NCBI GenBank assembly: GCA_039028835.1
Contig: JBCCHK010000004.1
Span: forward strand, 104,370-168,369
From: Pseudomonadota bacterium
Lineage (GTDB): Bacteria; Pseudomonadota; Alphaproteobacteria; JBCCHK01
Reading direction: 5' to 3'
Length of the DNA stretch: 64,000 bases
Shown here piece by piece: positions 20,169 to 33,869 of this stretch. The notes under the pieces were generated by a model. It saw only the letters and a list, made by a program, of their open reading frames with translations, was not told the DNA's origin and did not search any database. Numbering within the stretch: the stretch's first letter is position 1; every line of letters begins with the position of its first letter. A program made the position numbers and the translations under genes.

Positions 20169-20909
20169 ATGGACAACACAAGCTATATTTCATTAGCCCG
20201 GGCCACATCGCTGCAACGGCGGCTGGATGTCATCGCCCATAATATCGCCAACATGAACACCACCGGCTACAAAAAGCGCAAGATGGTGTTCAGCGAGTTT
20301 CTGGTCCAAGCGCAACGCCCGTTCGTCGATCGCGACGTGCGGGAATATAAATCGGTCATCGACGAGCGCACCATCCGTGATGTCGAAGACGGCACCCATC
20401 TGGAGACAGGCAATCCTTTTGATCTCGCCCTGTCTGGCACGGGATTTTTCAAGGTCGCCTATAACAATGGCGTTGCCTATACCCGCGCCGGTAACTTCGC
20501 CCTTAATGCCAACAACGAATTGACCACCATTGGCGGTCGGCAAGTGCTCTCTGGGGGCGATCAACCGATCCTGATCCCCCAAGGGGCGCAAGATATCTCG
20601 ATCACCCAATCAGGCCAGCTGTTTGCCGATGGGCTTGCCGTCGGCCAGCTTGAGATCGTGCAGTTTGATGATCTGCAAGACATGGAAAGCATCGGCGATT
20701 CGCTGATGATTACAACCCAAGAAGAACAGCCTGCGCCAGACGCGGTCGTGCGCCAAGGCAAGCTCGAGCAATCCAACGTCAATCCTATTCTTGAGATGAC
20801 CCGGATGATCGATACCTTGCGGACATTTCAGGCCAATCAAAAGATGATCGAAGACCATCACAGCCGGCAACGCACGTCGATCCGCAGCATCGCCGATCCA
20901 AAACTCTAA
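20169..20909 (+). CDS. flgF: Flagellar basal-body rod protein FlgF
   Basis: It has the rod-protein N-terminal motif SLARATSLQRRLDVIAHNIANMNTTGYK and a C-terminal rod domain. Confidence 0.88.
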   Translation: MDNTSYISLARATSLQRRLDVIAHNIANMNTTGYKKRKMVFSEFLVQAQRPFVDRDVREYKSVIDERTIRDVEDGTHLETGNPFDLALSGTGFFKVAYNNGVAYTRAGNFALNANNELTTIGGRQVLSGGDQPILIPQGAQDISITQSGQLFADGLAVGQLEIVQFDDLQDMESIGDSLMITTQEEQPAPDAVVRQGKLEQSNVNPILEMTRMIDTLRTFQANQKMIEDHHSRQRTSIRSIADPKL

Positions 20910-20937
20910 GACAAAACATACCTAAAGGATTAAAACC

Positions 20938-21723
20938 ATGAGATCACTGAGTACAGGCGCGATGGGCATGCTCGCCCAGCAGCTCAATGTAGACGTGCTG
21001 TCAAACAACATCGCGAACTTGACCACCACCAGTTTCAAAAGAAGTCGCGCTGAGTTTCAAGATTTTCTATACCAATCCTACCGTCGCGTCGGGACCACCT
21101 CCTCTGATGCGGGCACCATTGTTCCCGTAGGGGTGCAGGTCGGCGGCGGTGTCCGCGCAGCGGGGACCTATCGAATCCACGAACAAGGGGCGGTTAAGGT
21201 GACTGAAAACCCCCTTGATCTGGCGATCAACGGACACGGGTTTTTCCAAGTGAACCTGCCCGACGGCACCCTTGGCTATACCCGCGCGGGCTCTTTTCAG
21301 ATTAGTCCTGAGGGCAACATCGTTACTGTGGACGGCTATACGATTGTCGGCCCTGATGCCTTGCCGGCAGGGGCCACCGGGATCACCGTGAATGAACAAG
21401 GTACCGTTCAAGCCACCATTCAAGGCCAGGATGCCGCTATTGAATTAGGACAGTTCGAGCTTGCCCGTTTTGTCAACGATGCGGGCCTTGAGGCGATTGG
21501 TAATAACAACTACATCGTCACCGCCGCCTCCGGCGATCCGGCGATTGGTGTGCCGGGTGCGGAAGGGTATGGCCGTATTCGGCAAGGCATGATCGAAAAC
21601 TCCAACGTCAATGTCGTTGAAGAAGTCACCCAACTGATTACCGCGCAGCGGGCTTACGAGATGAACTCTAAGGTCATCTCGACCTCAGATGAGATGCTGC
21701 GCTCGATTGTTCAACTACGATAA
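20938..21723 (+). CDS. flgG: Flagellar basal-body rod protein FlgG
   Basis: It begins MRSLSTGAMGMLAQQLNVDVLSNNIANLTTTSFK and ends ...LRSIVQLR. Confidence 0.92.
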   Translation: MRSLSTGAMGMLAQQLNVDVLSNNIANLTTTSFKRSRAEFQDFLYQSYRRVGTTSSDAGTIVPVGVQVGGGVRAAGTYRIHEQGAVKVTENPLDLAINGHGFFQVNLPDGTLGYTRAGSFQISPEGNIVTVDGYTIVGPDALPAGATGITVNEQGTVQATIQGQDAAIELGQFELARFVNDAGLEAIGNNNYIVTAASGDPAIGVPGAEGYGRIRQGMIENSNVNVVEEVTQLITAQRAYEMNSKVISTSDEMLRSIVQLR

Positions 21724-21735
21724 GGGGATAAGGCC

Positions 21736-22590
21736 ATGAAAAAGTTTCTCTGGATGTGGCTTGTGGGGGGACTCGGTGCGCTTTTGGTGGCCGGTGATCT
21801 GCTCGCCGCTACAGCAATCAAGGTGCCAGCTCGGATCGAGGTCAGTACCGCCCACGTCACACTGGGGGATATTTTCATCGGTGTCGATCAAAGGATTGCC
21901 GATAAAATCGTCGTGCAAGCCCCGCCCAAAGGCCATGAGGTCATCATCCCGATTACCTGGATTGTGCGGGTCGCCAGCACTTATGACATCAATTGGTCGC
22001 CCTCACCCAACCGTACAACCATGATTACCATCTATCACCTCACGCAAAACCAGCAACAGGTACGGCTGCGTGATGACCTGACGCGGATGATTAAAAGATC
22101 ACTCGCGCAAAACAATGATGACGAGCCTGTGCAAACGGTGCCGCGCGAAACCGGTGATGTCAGTGAGGAACACCGTCTGCAGATTCCTGTGCTGGTGCGT
22201 GCAACGCGCCCAGGTGAGATTATTACCCGCGATGATCTCCAGTGGCGCACCTTACCCAAGCACGTGCGTGCCCCGCGGTCTATTCAGTCCATGGATGAGA
22301 TCATCGGCAAGACGCCCGTACGCTGGCTTAGTGCCGGGCGGGCCTTGCAATCCCATCAATTCAAAAACCCGCCGGTCGTCGAGCGGGGCGAGGTGGTCAC
22401 GGTGATCATCAGGCACAAAAGTTTGCGTATTACCACCAGTGGACGCGCCCTTGAGAGCGGCGCGATTGGTGAGGTCATCGACGTCATCAACGCCAGCAGC
22501 AAGAAAACGATTCAGGCCGAGGTCATTGGCCGTGGTCAAGCGCAGGTTACCCTGCCCTCCAGTCTTCTTGCGCAAAACGATATTTATTAA
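21736..22590 (+). CDS. flgA: Flagellar P-ring assembly chaperone FlgA
   Basis: It has a signal peptide and a C-terminal SAF domain (GEVIDVINASSKKTIQAEVIGRG). Its position between flgG and flgH supports the call. Confidence 0.75.
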   Translation: MKKFLWMWLVGGLGALLVAGDLLAATAIKVPARIEVSTAHVTLGDIFIGVDQRIADKIVVQAPPKGHEVIIPITWIVRVASTYDINWSPSPNRTTMITIYHLTQNQQQVRLRDDLTRMIKRSLAQNNDDEPVQTVPRETGDVSEEHRLQIPVLVRATRPGEIITRDDLQWRTLPKHVRAPRSIQSMDEIIGKTPVRWLSAGRALQSHQFKNPPVVERGEVVTVIIRHKSLRITTSGRALESGAIGEVIDVINASSKKTIQAEVIGRGQAQVTLPSSLLAQNDIY

Positions 22591-22637
22591 ACCTTGGGGA
22601 TACCTTGATCGGTGCCCTCACACATCAGGAAGGTCGA

Positions 22638-23393
22638 ATGAGAAAATATATTATCTATAAGCTGTTTGTCGTCATGGCCCTGGTCCTATCGGGTTGCGGT
22701 ATGGGTGATCGGCTTGCAAGTGTGGGTAAAGCACCTGCGTTTACACCGGTTGCCAACCCCGTCCAGCAACCTGATTATCATCAGGTCAGTCTGCCCATGC
22801 CCCGTCCTCGGACGCAGATGAACGAAGCCAACTCGCTCTGGCAGTCCGGCTCGCGCGCTTTTTTCCGCGACCAACGGGCGCGGCAAGTGGGTGATATCCT
22901 CACTGTGCTGATCGATATCAACGATAATGCGAATCTGCAAAACAGCACGACGCGCAATCGTACGGCCAACAGTGATGCCTCCACCATTCCGTCTGAGTTG
23001 GGGCTGGATGCGCTTGGCCGGGCCGCGCGTAAGGTTCTCCCTGGCTCTGATTTAACGGCGATCCCAGAGATGAACTCAGGGCAAGCAACCGATGGGCGCG
23101 GTACCATTCAACGCAACGAGCGGGTCCGCTTGCAGGTCGCGGCGGTGGTCAGCGACGTGCTTCCTAATGGCAACTTTTTTATCCATGGCCGGCAAGAAGT
23201 GCGGGTGAACTTTGAGGTGCGAGATTTAGAAATCGCCGGGGTTATTCGCCCAGAAGACATCACCAACACCAACACGATTAACCTCACCCAAGTCGCTGAG
23301 GCGCGGGTGACCTATGGTGGCCGCGGGCTGATTAGCAACGCGCAACAGCCGCGGATCGGTCAACAGATTTACGATATTATCTATCCGTTCTAA
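22638..23393 (+). CDS. flgH: Flagellar L-ring lipoprotein FlgH
   Basis: It has a lipobox LSGC and FlgH-like sequence (SLWQSGSRAFFRDQRA ... GNFFIHGRQEVRVN). Confidence 0.88.
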   Translation: MRKYIIYKLFVVMALVLSGCGMGDRLASVGKAPAFTPVANPVQQPDYHQVSLPMPRPRTQMNEANSLWQSGSRAFFRDQRARQVGDILTVLIDINDNANLQNSTTRNRTANSDASTIPSELGLDALGRAARKVLPGSDLTAIPEMNSGQATDGRGTIQRNERVRLQVAAVVSDVLPNGNFFIHGRQEVRVNFEVRDLEIAGVIRPEDITNTNTINLTQVAEARVTYGGRGLISNAQQPRIGQQIYDIIYPF

Positions 23394-23429
23394 TCTGTCT
23401 TTTTCTACTTTTTCAAAACGCTGGTGAGT

Positions 23430-23468
23430 AAGGCCGCCGGTCAGCCGTGAGGGCTGATCGGCGGCCTT
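23430..23468. terminator. Bidirectional hairpin between the convergent genes flgH and pepN
   Basis: The sequence aaggccgccggtcagcc-gtga-gggctgatcggcggcctt is a nested inverted repeat. Confidence 0.6.
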
Positions 23469-23481
23469 CATGCATCCAGGC

Positions 23482-26088
23482 TTACGTATCCAGGCTTCGG
23501 CGCGCGAGCTCATAGATATACGGATCGGGTTTGGCCGCCAGCACCCGCTCAATTTCACGACGTAAGGCTTTTGAAAGGCGCTCGGTGAGAAGATTCCAGT
23601 TGCTCAGCTGGCGCATGATCCGTGCGGCGGCTTGTGGGTTAGTTTTCTGCCAATCAAGGATCATATTGGTGATAAAGCGGTAGCTAACGGGATGATGAAA
23701 GCTGCTGGGGTTGTTGGTGGCAAAACTTGCAAGCAGGGCATAAGCGCGGGAAGGCCGCTCTAAGGTGAAGGCCGGATGACGTGCCAGGCGGCGCACCGCT
23801 GTGCGGGTTTGCGCGCCACGCCGCGCGCAGGCTTGCACGGAAAACCAGGCATCGATCACCAGGTTATGATCCTGCCATTGATGATAGAAACTTTGCAAAA
23901 TGTCCTCTCGTTCGGGCCAGTCGTGATCCACCAACGCACGAAGGCCGGCGTATATTTCCGTCATAGACTCGCGCTTGCGATTATTTTCTATATGCTCGAT
24001 GACCAAAGTCCGCTTGGGTTCATCCTCCGGGTGACTGGCAAGATACATCAGGCACCGATTGCGCAAGGCGCGCCGCCCCATCGCGGCCGCGTCGGTGGCG
24101 CGGGGGTCTGTGGCCTCAAGGGCGTGATAGATCTTGCGCAAGAGAGGAGCAAAGGCGCAGGCAATTTGCCGCCGAGCGCCATGAGCGCGCCGGGCAATGG
24201 CAGCAGGATTGATCGGCGTCCAGTCGCGTGCTAAATCTTCCTCGCTTGGCAGGGCGATTAAATCGGCCAACAGGGCCGGATTCTCTTGCCAGCGCTCAAG
24301 GTTGGTGCCGAGGGCATCCAGCAGGCTTTGGCTTAGGGGCGCGTTCGCGTGGCGATGGCGACGCATCTGCTGGCGCATGAGCTGTTGGCCTGCATCCCAA
24401 CGACTCACCCCGTCGCTATCAAAACGATACAGCGCAAGAAGCTCAACTGGTTTTTGTCCGGTTAAGATCACTGGCGCGGAAAAGCCGCGCGCTAAGGAGG
24501 CGACCGGTTTGCTGGTGACGCCGGAGAAGGTGAGCCGATGATGCGCATCGTTAAGCACAGCCAGATGCTCCGTGGCGGTCGTTTTACCGTATTGAACGTT
24601 AAGAGGCGTTCCCTTGCGGGTAAACAGCACAACGACGAAGGGAATCGGTGCTTTATTGTGATCTTGGATGGTGACATCTAGCGTGTAGGTGCGTGCCAAA
24701 CGATCATAGGTTTGTTTTTCTATATGAATCGTCGGGGTGCCTTTTTGCGTATACCAGCGGGCAAAGTCTTTAAGATCAAGGCCGCTAGAATCGCTCATCG
24801 CGGATAGAAAATCCTCGCAAGTTACCGCTTGCAGATCATGTCGCATGAGATAGAAATAAACAGCCCTTGTAAAGGCCTCTGCGCCCATCATAGTGCGCAT
24901 CATGCGCAAAACCTCGGCGCCCTTATCGTAGACCGTGCGGGTATACAAATTGCCGACCGAAATATAGGAATCCGGGCGAATGGGGTGAGCAAGCGGTCCT
25001 GCATCCTCGGCAAACTGCCCCCCGCGCAGGGCGCGCACGCTATCGATGCGGGCAACCTCATAGCCGTCGATGTCCTCGCTATAGAGTTGGTCGCGTAACA
25101 CCGTCAGGCCTTCCTTGAGGGTGAGTTGAAACCAATCACGGCAGGTCACCCGATTGCCGGTCCAGTTATGAAAGTATTCGTGGGCGATAACGCTTTCGAC
25201 CCGGCGGTGGGTAGCATCGGTGCTGGTGGCGGTCTCGCAGAGCAATAACGACGTATTGAAAATGTTCAGGCCCTTATTTTCCATCGCTCCAGCATTAAAG
25301 TGATGGCTAGCGACGATGGTATAGGTGCTAAGATCGTACTCAAGGCCAAAGACGCGCTCGTCCCATGCCATAGATCGCTTCAAAGCAGCCAGGGCGAGAT
25401 GGCACTGATCGATATCGGCCTGGTCGGCATAGACGGCCAGCGCAATGCTCCGCCCCGACGGGGTCGTGTGAGTACTGGTCAGCCGTGCGAGTTTCCCCGC
25501 CACCATGGCAAACAGGTAAGACGGTTTAGGAAAGGGATCCTCAAAACGTGCCCAATGAGTCTCGCCGTCTTGTCCGCGTTCGATGCAATCACCGTTGCTG
25601 AGCAAGACCGGATAATCCGATAGGTTCGCGCGCAAGGTCACCCGGTAGCGGGCGAGCACATCGGGGCGATCACAAAAAAACGTGATGCAACGAAAGCCCT
25701 CGGGCTCGCATTGGGTACAGAGCAAAGTGCCCGATTCATACAAGCCCTCTAAGGTGGTATTCGCGCGCGGATTGATGAGCGTTTCGGTTGTCAGGGTAAA
25801 GCGCGCGGGGGCATGCGCGATGGTCAGTCCGCCATCTGGCGTGCGTGTCCATTCACGCTCGTCTAAGGTTTGGTTATCGATACGGATCGAGCGCACGATA
25901 AGACCCTGCGCGCCATCCAGGGTGATCTCGCCGGGCTGGCCTTGGTTGCAGGTGAGCGTTGCGCGGACAAGGGTTTTTTGGGGGTCTAGATCGACGTGCA
26001 GATCGACATCGTCGATGGTGAGTGATGGCGGCCTATAGTCTGCAAGGAGGATGGGTGACGGCGGTGAGGATTTTATATCGGTTTTCAC
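23482..26088 (-). CDS. pepN: Aminopeptidase N (M1 family)
   Basis: It has the GAMEN motif and the zinc-binding HEYFHNWTGNRVT...E motif. It is about 870 aa. Confidence 0.92.
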   Translation of the reverse strand: MKTDIKSSPPSPILLADYRPPSLTIDDVDLHVDLDPQKTLVRATLTCNQGQPGEITLDGAQGLIVRSIRIDNQTLDEREWTRTPDGGLTIAHAPARFTLTTETLINPRANTTLEGLYESGTLLCTQCEPEGFRCITFFCDRPDVLARYRVTLRANLSDYPVLLSNGDCIERGQDGETHWARFEDPFPKPSYLFAMVAGKLARLTSTHTTPSGRSIALAVYADQADIDQCHLALAALKRSMAWDERVFGLEYDLSTYTIVASHHFNAGAMENKGLNIFNTSLLLCETATSTDATHRRVESVIAHEYFHNWTGNRVTCRDWFQLTLKEGLTVLRDQLYSEDIDGYEVARIDSVRALRGGQFAEDAGPLAHPIRPDSYISVGNLYTRTVYDKGAEVLRMMRTMMGAEAFTRAVYFYLMRHDLQAVTCEDFLSAMSDSSGLDLKDFARWYTQKGTPTIHIEKQTYDRLARTYTLDVTIQDHNKAPIPFVVVLFTRKGTPLNVQYGKTTATEHLAVLNDAHHRLTFSGVTSKPVASLARGFSAPVILTGQKPVELLALYRFDSDGVSRWDAGQQLMRQQMRRHRHANAPLSQSLLDALGTNLERWQENPALLADLIALPSEEDLARDWTPINPAAIARRAHGARRQIACAFAPLLRKIYHALEATDPRATDAAAMGRRALRNRCLMYLASHPEDEPKRTLVIEHIENNRKRESMTEIYAGLRALVDHDWPEREDILQSFYHQWQDHNLVIDAWFSVQACARRGAQTRTAVRRLARHPAFTLERPSRAYALLASFATNNPSSFHHPVSYRFITNMILDWQKTNPQAAARIMRQLSNWNLLTERLSKALRREIERVLAAKPDPYIYELARRSLDT

Positions 26089-27017
26089 GAGGAGTCTCTA
26101 GCAATAGGAGGGATGTTTTCTATAGAGTTATTTTCTATAAAATCGCACCGTGGCGCCAGCAAAAGACGGCGATGGTCGCACATCCTCGCGCGGGCGCACA
26201 CGCTGCGCAAGGGCTCATAGCATACCGACATAGAAAAAGCGGTGGCGTGTAGGACGGTATCCTCATCGATGACGAAGGCGACGTGATCGGTCGTATCTTT
26301 TTCTTGAAAAAATAGCAAATCTCCCCGCCGGCGATAATCGGCTTTGATGCCTAAACTGCGCTGTTGTTGGTCGCTATCGCGCGGCGCGGGGATGCCCGCG
26401 GCGCACAAGGCCAGCTGAATGAGGGCCGAGCAATCCAGCCCCCGGCCACTGCGCCCGCCCCAGCGATAGGGCGCGCCGAGGAATTGCACGGCGGTCGCTA
26501 GGATGTTAGGGCGAGCTTGCCCGAGCGGCAGGAGGTGACCAGAAGGCACCCAGCCGCCGCTGGCAAGCTGTGCCCAGTTGTCTTGGTAGCCGGTCACGGC
26601 AACCTGCGCCAGCATGTCCAATGGGCGCAAAGGAGTCCTTTTAAGGTCCGGGGCGGGATAAACATGGCTGGCGCGCAGCCCAACCCAGTGGGTGGTCGCA
26701 GGCGCATCGGTGGTCAGGGCTTGGCTTGCCACGTAGCCTACGTAACCATCGGCGCAAGACTGGCCCCAGGCATAGAGGCCATCGTCCTCGAAAACATCAA
26801 AAGCCTCACCTTCTAACAACTCGCTGGTGGCGGCATCCCCGGCCGGCGATGCCGTCATGATCGCCGCTTGGCGGGCGTGAGCGCGATAAGGGGAAGCAAA
26901 GCGCAAGGGCGCGGCAACCTCGCCCAGCGTCCCGTCCTCAAACAGCGGGCGTAAGTAGGCGGCCGCCAGATCATCGCGCCAGGGGTGCTGGCGCGGGTCT
27001 AGGTGAACAGCATTCAT
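26085..27017 (-). CDS. NlpC/P60 (C40) family peptidase with an N-terminal SH3b-like region. The start is ambiguous among 27017, 27068 and 27089.
   Basis: It has the catalytic Cys motif GAPYRWGGRSGRGLDCSALIQ and a downstream His (TDHVAFVI). Its stop overlaps the pepN start. Confidence 0.7.
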   Translation of the reverse strand: MNAVHLDPRQHPWRDDLAAAYLRPLFEDGTLGEVAAPLRFASPYRAHARQAAIMTASPAGDAATSELLEGEAFDVFEDDGLYAWGQSCADGYVGYVASQALTTDAPATTHWVGLRASHVYPAPDLKRTPLRPLDMLAQVAVTGYQDNWAQLASGGWVPSGHLLPLGQARPNILATAVQFLGAPYRWGGRSGRGLDCSALIQLALCAAGIPAPRDSDQQQRSLGIKADYRRRGDLLFFQEKDTTDHVAFVIDEDTVLHATAFSMSVCYEPLRSVCARARMCDHRRLLLAPRCDFIENNSIENIPPIARDSS

Positions 27018-27027
27018 CCAGGCACGC

Positions 27028-28473
27028 TCATCGATCAGACCGGCCGCGAGGACGGGCGCGCGTGCCATAGCGCGCGGCCAGCAAAGCAAAGCAGGTGCGT
27101 AATCCCATGGCCTCGCCGCCGCGCGGGCGTCCTGGGCGGCTATCGATGGTGTAAGCCATCATATCCAGGTGCGCCCAGGCGATCGCGGGATCGACAAAAG
27201 CCTTTAAGAACAGGGCGGCTTCAATCGCCCCGCCGAAAGGGTTGCGCGAGGCGTTGGTGATATCGGCAGGGGTGGCCTTAATGTGGCGAGCATAGGGCCC
27301 ATAAAGGGGCAGCTGCCAGAGGGGATCGCCGGTCTGACGGCTGTTTTTCAGCATCTCGCGCGCGAGTTTTTCATCGTTGCTGAACAACGCGGGAATCTCG
27401 CTCCCCAACGCGACCCGCGCGGCCCCTGTTAGGGTGGCGAAATCAAGTAACAGGTCGGGCTTTTGCTCGCAGGCGGCGGCGAGCGCATCGGCGAGAATCA
27501 CTCGACCTTCAGCATCGGTGTGGCCGACCTCGATGGTCAGACCCTTGCGGGTGGTGATGATGTCCAGCGGACGCATGGCGTTGCCGTCAACGACGTTATC
27601 CGCTGCCGGGATCAGCACCCGCAGGCGCAGGTTGAGCTTGGCGTGCATTATCATGGCCGCGAGCCCAAGCGCGTGGGCCGCCCCGCCCATGTCCTTTTTC
27701 ATCAGCAGCATCGCCGGCGCAGGCTTGAGGTTTAACCCGCCGGTATCAAAACACACCCCCTTGCCCACCAGGGTGACCCGCGGGGCGCGGGTTCGTTCGG
27801 CACCCCAGGTGAGGTCGATCATCCGGGGGGGGCGGGGGCTGGTGTTGCCAACTGCAGCCAGGGCAGGGAAGGCGGCATCTAGTTTGCGGCCTTGCCAGAC
27901 GGTGATGCGCGCGCCAAAGGCCTTGGCCAAGCGGCGGGCGGTTTGGGCGAGGTCATGCGGGGATTGCTCTTGCGCCGGGGCGTTAATCAGGGCGCGGGTC
28001 TGGCAAATGCCGCCGATCAGGCGGCTCGCCGCCGCCCGGTCACAGTCTTTCGGCCAGGTCAAGCTCGCAAAGGCGGGGGCGGGGCTGGTTTTACGGTGAT
28101 AGCCCTCACACCCCAAACTCCAGCCCACCACGAGGGCCTGCTGGTGGGTTTTGCTCTGGCCATAGGGCTCTAGGTGGTAGGTCTGCGCTGCATCGAGCTG
28201 CCTCGCCGCTGCCGCCAGGGCAAAGGGATCGACCGGATCGCCAGCCCCCACCAGACAGCGATACGCCGCATCCGGGTTGCGGGGGGGCAACAGGAGTAAC
28301 TGGCTAGCCTCGCCGGTAAACCGTTGTCCCGTTAGCAAGGCGCGGGCCAACGGGTCTTGCGATTTTTTCCAGGCCGCCAAATCTTTCGGCGCAACCACGA
28401 TGATCGGGATCGTTTTGCGGCGAGCGGCGGTAAGTCCCGGCGGCCGATAGGAGGGGGTCAGCAAGGTCATCAT
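27028..28473 (-). CDS. pepA: Leucyl aminopeptidase (M17 family)
   Basis: The motifs VGKGVCFDTGG, NTDAEGR and GAAHALG are present. Confidence 0.88.
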   Translation of the reverse strand: MMTLLTPSYRPPGLTAARRKTIPIIVVAPKDLAAWKKSQDPLARALLTGQRFTGEASQLLLLPPRNPDAAYRCLVGAGDPVDPFALAAAARQLDAAQTYHLEPYGQSKTHQQALVVGWSLGCEGYHRKTSPAPAFASLTWPKDCDRAAASRLIGGICQTRALINAPAQEQSPHDLAQTARRLAKAFGARITVWQGRKLDAAFPALAAVGNTSPRPPRMIDLTWGAERTRAPRVTLVGKGVCFDTGGLNLKPAPAMLLMKKDMGGAAHALGLAAMIMHAKLNLRLRVLIPAADNVVDGNAMRPLDIITTRKGLTIEVGHTDAEGRVILADALAAACEQKPDLLLDFATLTGAARVALGSEIPALFSNDEKLAREMLKNSRQTGDPLWQLPLYGPYARHIKATPADITNASRNPFGGAIEAALFLKAFVDPAIAWAHLDMMAYTIDSRPGRPRGGEAMGLRTCFALLAARYGTRARPRGRSDR

Positions 28474-28806
28474 CGCCTCGTTTTACCACATAATCGCGGG
28501 CTGGGGGCAGACAGCGACGCGCACGTTAATCCGGACTTTCGCACGGCAAACGCTTGAACATCGCCCCTGGCTGTGCTAGCGCTAAGGCTGAGGGTTGGGT
28601 CGTTTGGGGCCGTGACCACAAGAGACGATACTAAAACGACATTGCCGGAAATCACCGCCTAGGCATGGCCTGCCAAAAGGCCTTCCCAATCCCTGGGGTT
28701 AGCTTATAGGTTTGGGTAGGATGGTCTTGAGCATGAGGCAAGAGTACGCAGAGCCGTTAGGGGAAGCCACAGGGGAAGCCATGGGACAAACAACAACACC
28801 GTTGCT

Positions 28807-29343
28807 ATGACCGCGCGCATGGATCTTGCTGATCGCTACGCCTGTGCGTTGTTTGATTCTCTCGTCCCGTCTGCGCGCGAGGCCATGGCCCGTGAATTAG
28901 CGACATTGGACGAGCTTTTGGCCACCAACGAGTCGCTGATAGCCCTTTCCCGTCCGACTCTTACCCGTAGCCAACGAATCAACGCCATTACGGGCTTGAT
29001 GAGCGCGGCCAAGACATCAGATGTGTTGCGGCGGTTTGCTGGTACTGTGGCGGCCAACGGCCGGTGGGCTCTGATTCGCCCGATCATCAAAGCGTTTGGG
29101 CGTCGTCATCGGCACGCGATGGGGATCCAAACGGCCTACGTGACCACCGCCCATACCATAGACAATCCCGATGAGATCATCAGCCGTGTGCGCGAGGTTT
29201 ATGGTGAGACCGCCGAGGTGGTGCTCGCCGTCGATCCCGCGATTGGTGGCGGGGTGACGATCCGGGTCGGCTCCCAGATGGTCGATGGGTCAGTTCGGAC
29301 TCGGCTTGCCAACCTGCGCCGGGCCATCGAAGCAAGCGTTTAA
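28807..29343 (+). CDS. atpH: ATP synthase F1 delta subunit (OSCP)
   Basis: The N-terminus ADRYACALFD is of OSCP type. It lies directly upstream of atpA. Confidence 0.85.
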   Translation: MTARMDLADRYACALFDSLVPSAREAMARELATLDELLATNESLIALSRPTLTRSQRINAITGLMSAAKTSDVLRRFAGTVAANGRWALIRPIIKAFGRRHRHAMGIQTAYVTTAHTIDNPDEIISRVREVYGETAEVVLAVDPAIGGGVTIRVGSQMVDGSVRTRLANLRRAIEASV

Positions 29344-29367
29344 CAGCGTTAACAAAGGAAACATTTC

Positions 29368-30897
29368 ATGGAAATTCGCCCTTCTGAAATATCGGATGTC
29401 CTGCGCAAGCAGATCGAAGATTTTGATAACACCACCCAGGTCTCAGAGGTCGGTCAAGTGCTCGCGGTCGGTGACGGCGTGGCGCGGGTCTATGGCCTTG
29501 ATAAAATTGAAGCGGGCGAGATGGTCGAGTTTCCCGGCTCAATCAAGGGCATGGCTCTCAATCTTGCCGCAGACCACGTCGGAGTCGTGATTTTTGGCGA
29601 AGACCGCCAGATTAAAGAAGGCGATACGGTCAAGCGTACGGGGCGCATCGTCGATGTGCCTGTCGGCAAGGGTTTGCTGGGCCGGGTCGTCAGCCCCTTG
29701 GGGGAGCCGCTAGACGGCAAGGGCGCGATTGACTCAGATCAGCGCAGCCGAGTCGAGGTCAAGGCGCCAGGAATTATCCCGCGCAAAAGCGTGTCCGAGC
29801 CGATGCAAACAGGCCTTAAGGCCATCGATGCTTTGGTCCCCATTGGCCGCGGTCAGCGTGAGTTGATTATCGGTGACCGGCAGACTGGTAAGACCGCCAT
29901 TGCGCTGGATACGATCATCAATCAAAAGGCGGCGAATGCTGGCAAGGATGAGAGTAAGAAACTCTATTGCATCTATGTGGCGATTGGTCAAAAGCGTTCG
30001 TCCGTCGCGCGCATCGTGCGCACCTTAGAAGAAGCCGGGGCGATGGACTATACGATTGTGGTCAGTGCAACTGCTTCTGACCCGGCGCCGATGCAGTTCT
30101 TGGCGCCGTACGCTGGGTGCGTGATGGGGGAATACTTCCGCGATAACGGCATGCATGCCTTGATTATCTATGATGATCTAAGCAAGCAGGCGGTGGCCTA
30201 TCGTCAGATGTCTTTGTTGCTGCGTCGTCCGCCAGGCCGGGAAGCCTATCCGGGGGATGTTTTCTATATTCACAGCCGCTTGCTCGAGCGTGCCGCCAAA
30301 TTAAACCAGGAGCATGGCGGTGGCTCGTTAACCGCTTTACCGATCATCGAAACCCAAGCGGGGGACGTGTCGGCCTATATTCCGACCAACGTAATTTCTA
30401 TCACCGATGGACAGATTTTCTTGGAAACCAGTCTTTTCTATAAAGGGATTCGGCCGGCCATTAATGTCGGAATTTCCGTGAGCCGGGTGGGCTCGGCCGC
30501 GCAGATCAAAGCCATGAAGCAGGTCGCGGGCACTATCAAGCTAGACCTTGCGCAGTATCGGGAAATGGAGGCCTTTTCCCAGTTCGCCTCGGACTTGGAT
30601 GCCTCGACCCAGCGCCTGCTGGCCCGTGGCGCGCGCCTTACCCAATTGCTTAAGCAAAGCCAGTACGCGCCCTTATCGGTCGCCGAACAGGTTGCGGTGA
30701 TTTTTGCGGGTGTTAACGGCTATCTGCAAAACGTCAAAGAAGCGGATGTCAGCCGTTTTGAAGAAGGCTTACTGGAGCGTCTGCGCGGTGCGGGCAAAGA
30801 CCTGCTGGCCGAGATCGAAAGTCAAGGGGCGATCGTAAAAGAGCTCGAGGATAAACTGCACGCACTCGTCAAAAATTTTGCACAAGGCTTTTCATAA
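29368..30897 (+). CDS. atpA: ATP synthase F1 alpha subunit
   Basis: It has Walker A GDRQTGKT and highly conserved alpha-subunit sequence throughout. Confidence 0.95.
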   Translation: MEIRPSEISDVLRKQIEDFDNTTQVSEVGQVLAVGDGVARVYGLDKIEAGEMVEFPGSIKGMALNLAADHVGVVIFGEDRQIKEGDTVKRTGRIVDVPVGKGLLGRVVSPLGEPLDGKGAIDSDQRSRVEVKAPGIIPRKSVSEPMQTGLKAIDALVPIGRGQRELIIGDRQTGKTAIALDTIINQKAANAGKDESKKLYCIYVAIGQKRSSVARIVRTLEEAGAMDYTIVVSATASDPAPMQFLAPYAGCVMGEYFRDNGMHALIIYDDLSKQAVAYRQMSLLLRRPPGREAYPGDVFYIHSRLLERAAKLNQEHGGGSLTALPIIETQAGDVSAYIPTNVISITDGQIFLETSLFYKGIRPAINVGISVSRVGSAAQIKAMKQVAGTIKLDLAQYREMEAFSQFASDLDASTQRLLARGARLTQLLKQSQYAPLSVAEQVAVIFAGVNGYLQNVKEADVSRFEEGLLERLRGAGKDLLAEIESQGAIVKELEDKLHALVKNFAQGFS

Positions 30898-30913
30898 GCA
30901 ATAGGCATCCACG

Positions 30914-33649
<2,736 letters not shown>

Positions 33650-33869
33650 AACGCGCACGACGCAGGGGCAAAACTGCGCGGCGGTCTCAACAAGCACAGA
33701 TGTATGATGAACCCTCGGTCAAGGCCGCGCCTTGTGCGTCGGGCTTTTGTTATTTTGCTCTTTTTTGCTAGCATGGTTATCCGCTTGCCAAACAAGCAAC
33801 ACAAAGAGGTAGCGATGATAGTGTCTGTTGGCTCGGTTGTTGGGGATGCTAGATAAAATAAGGAGTGAG

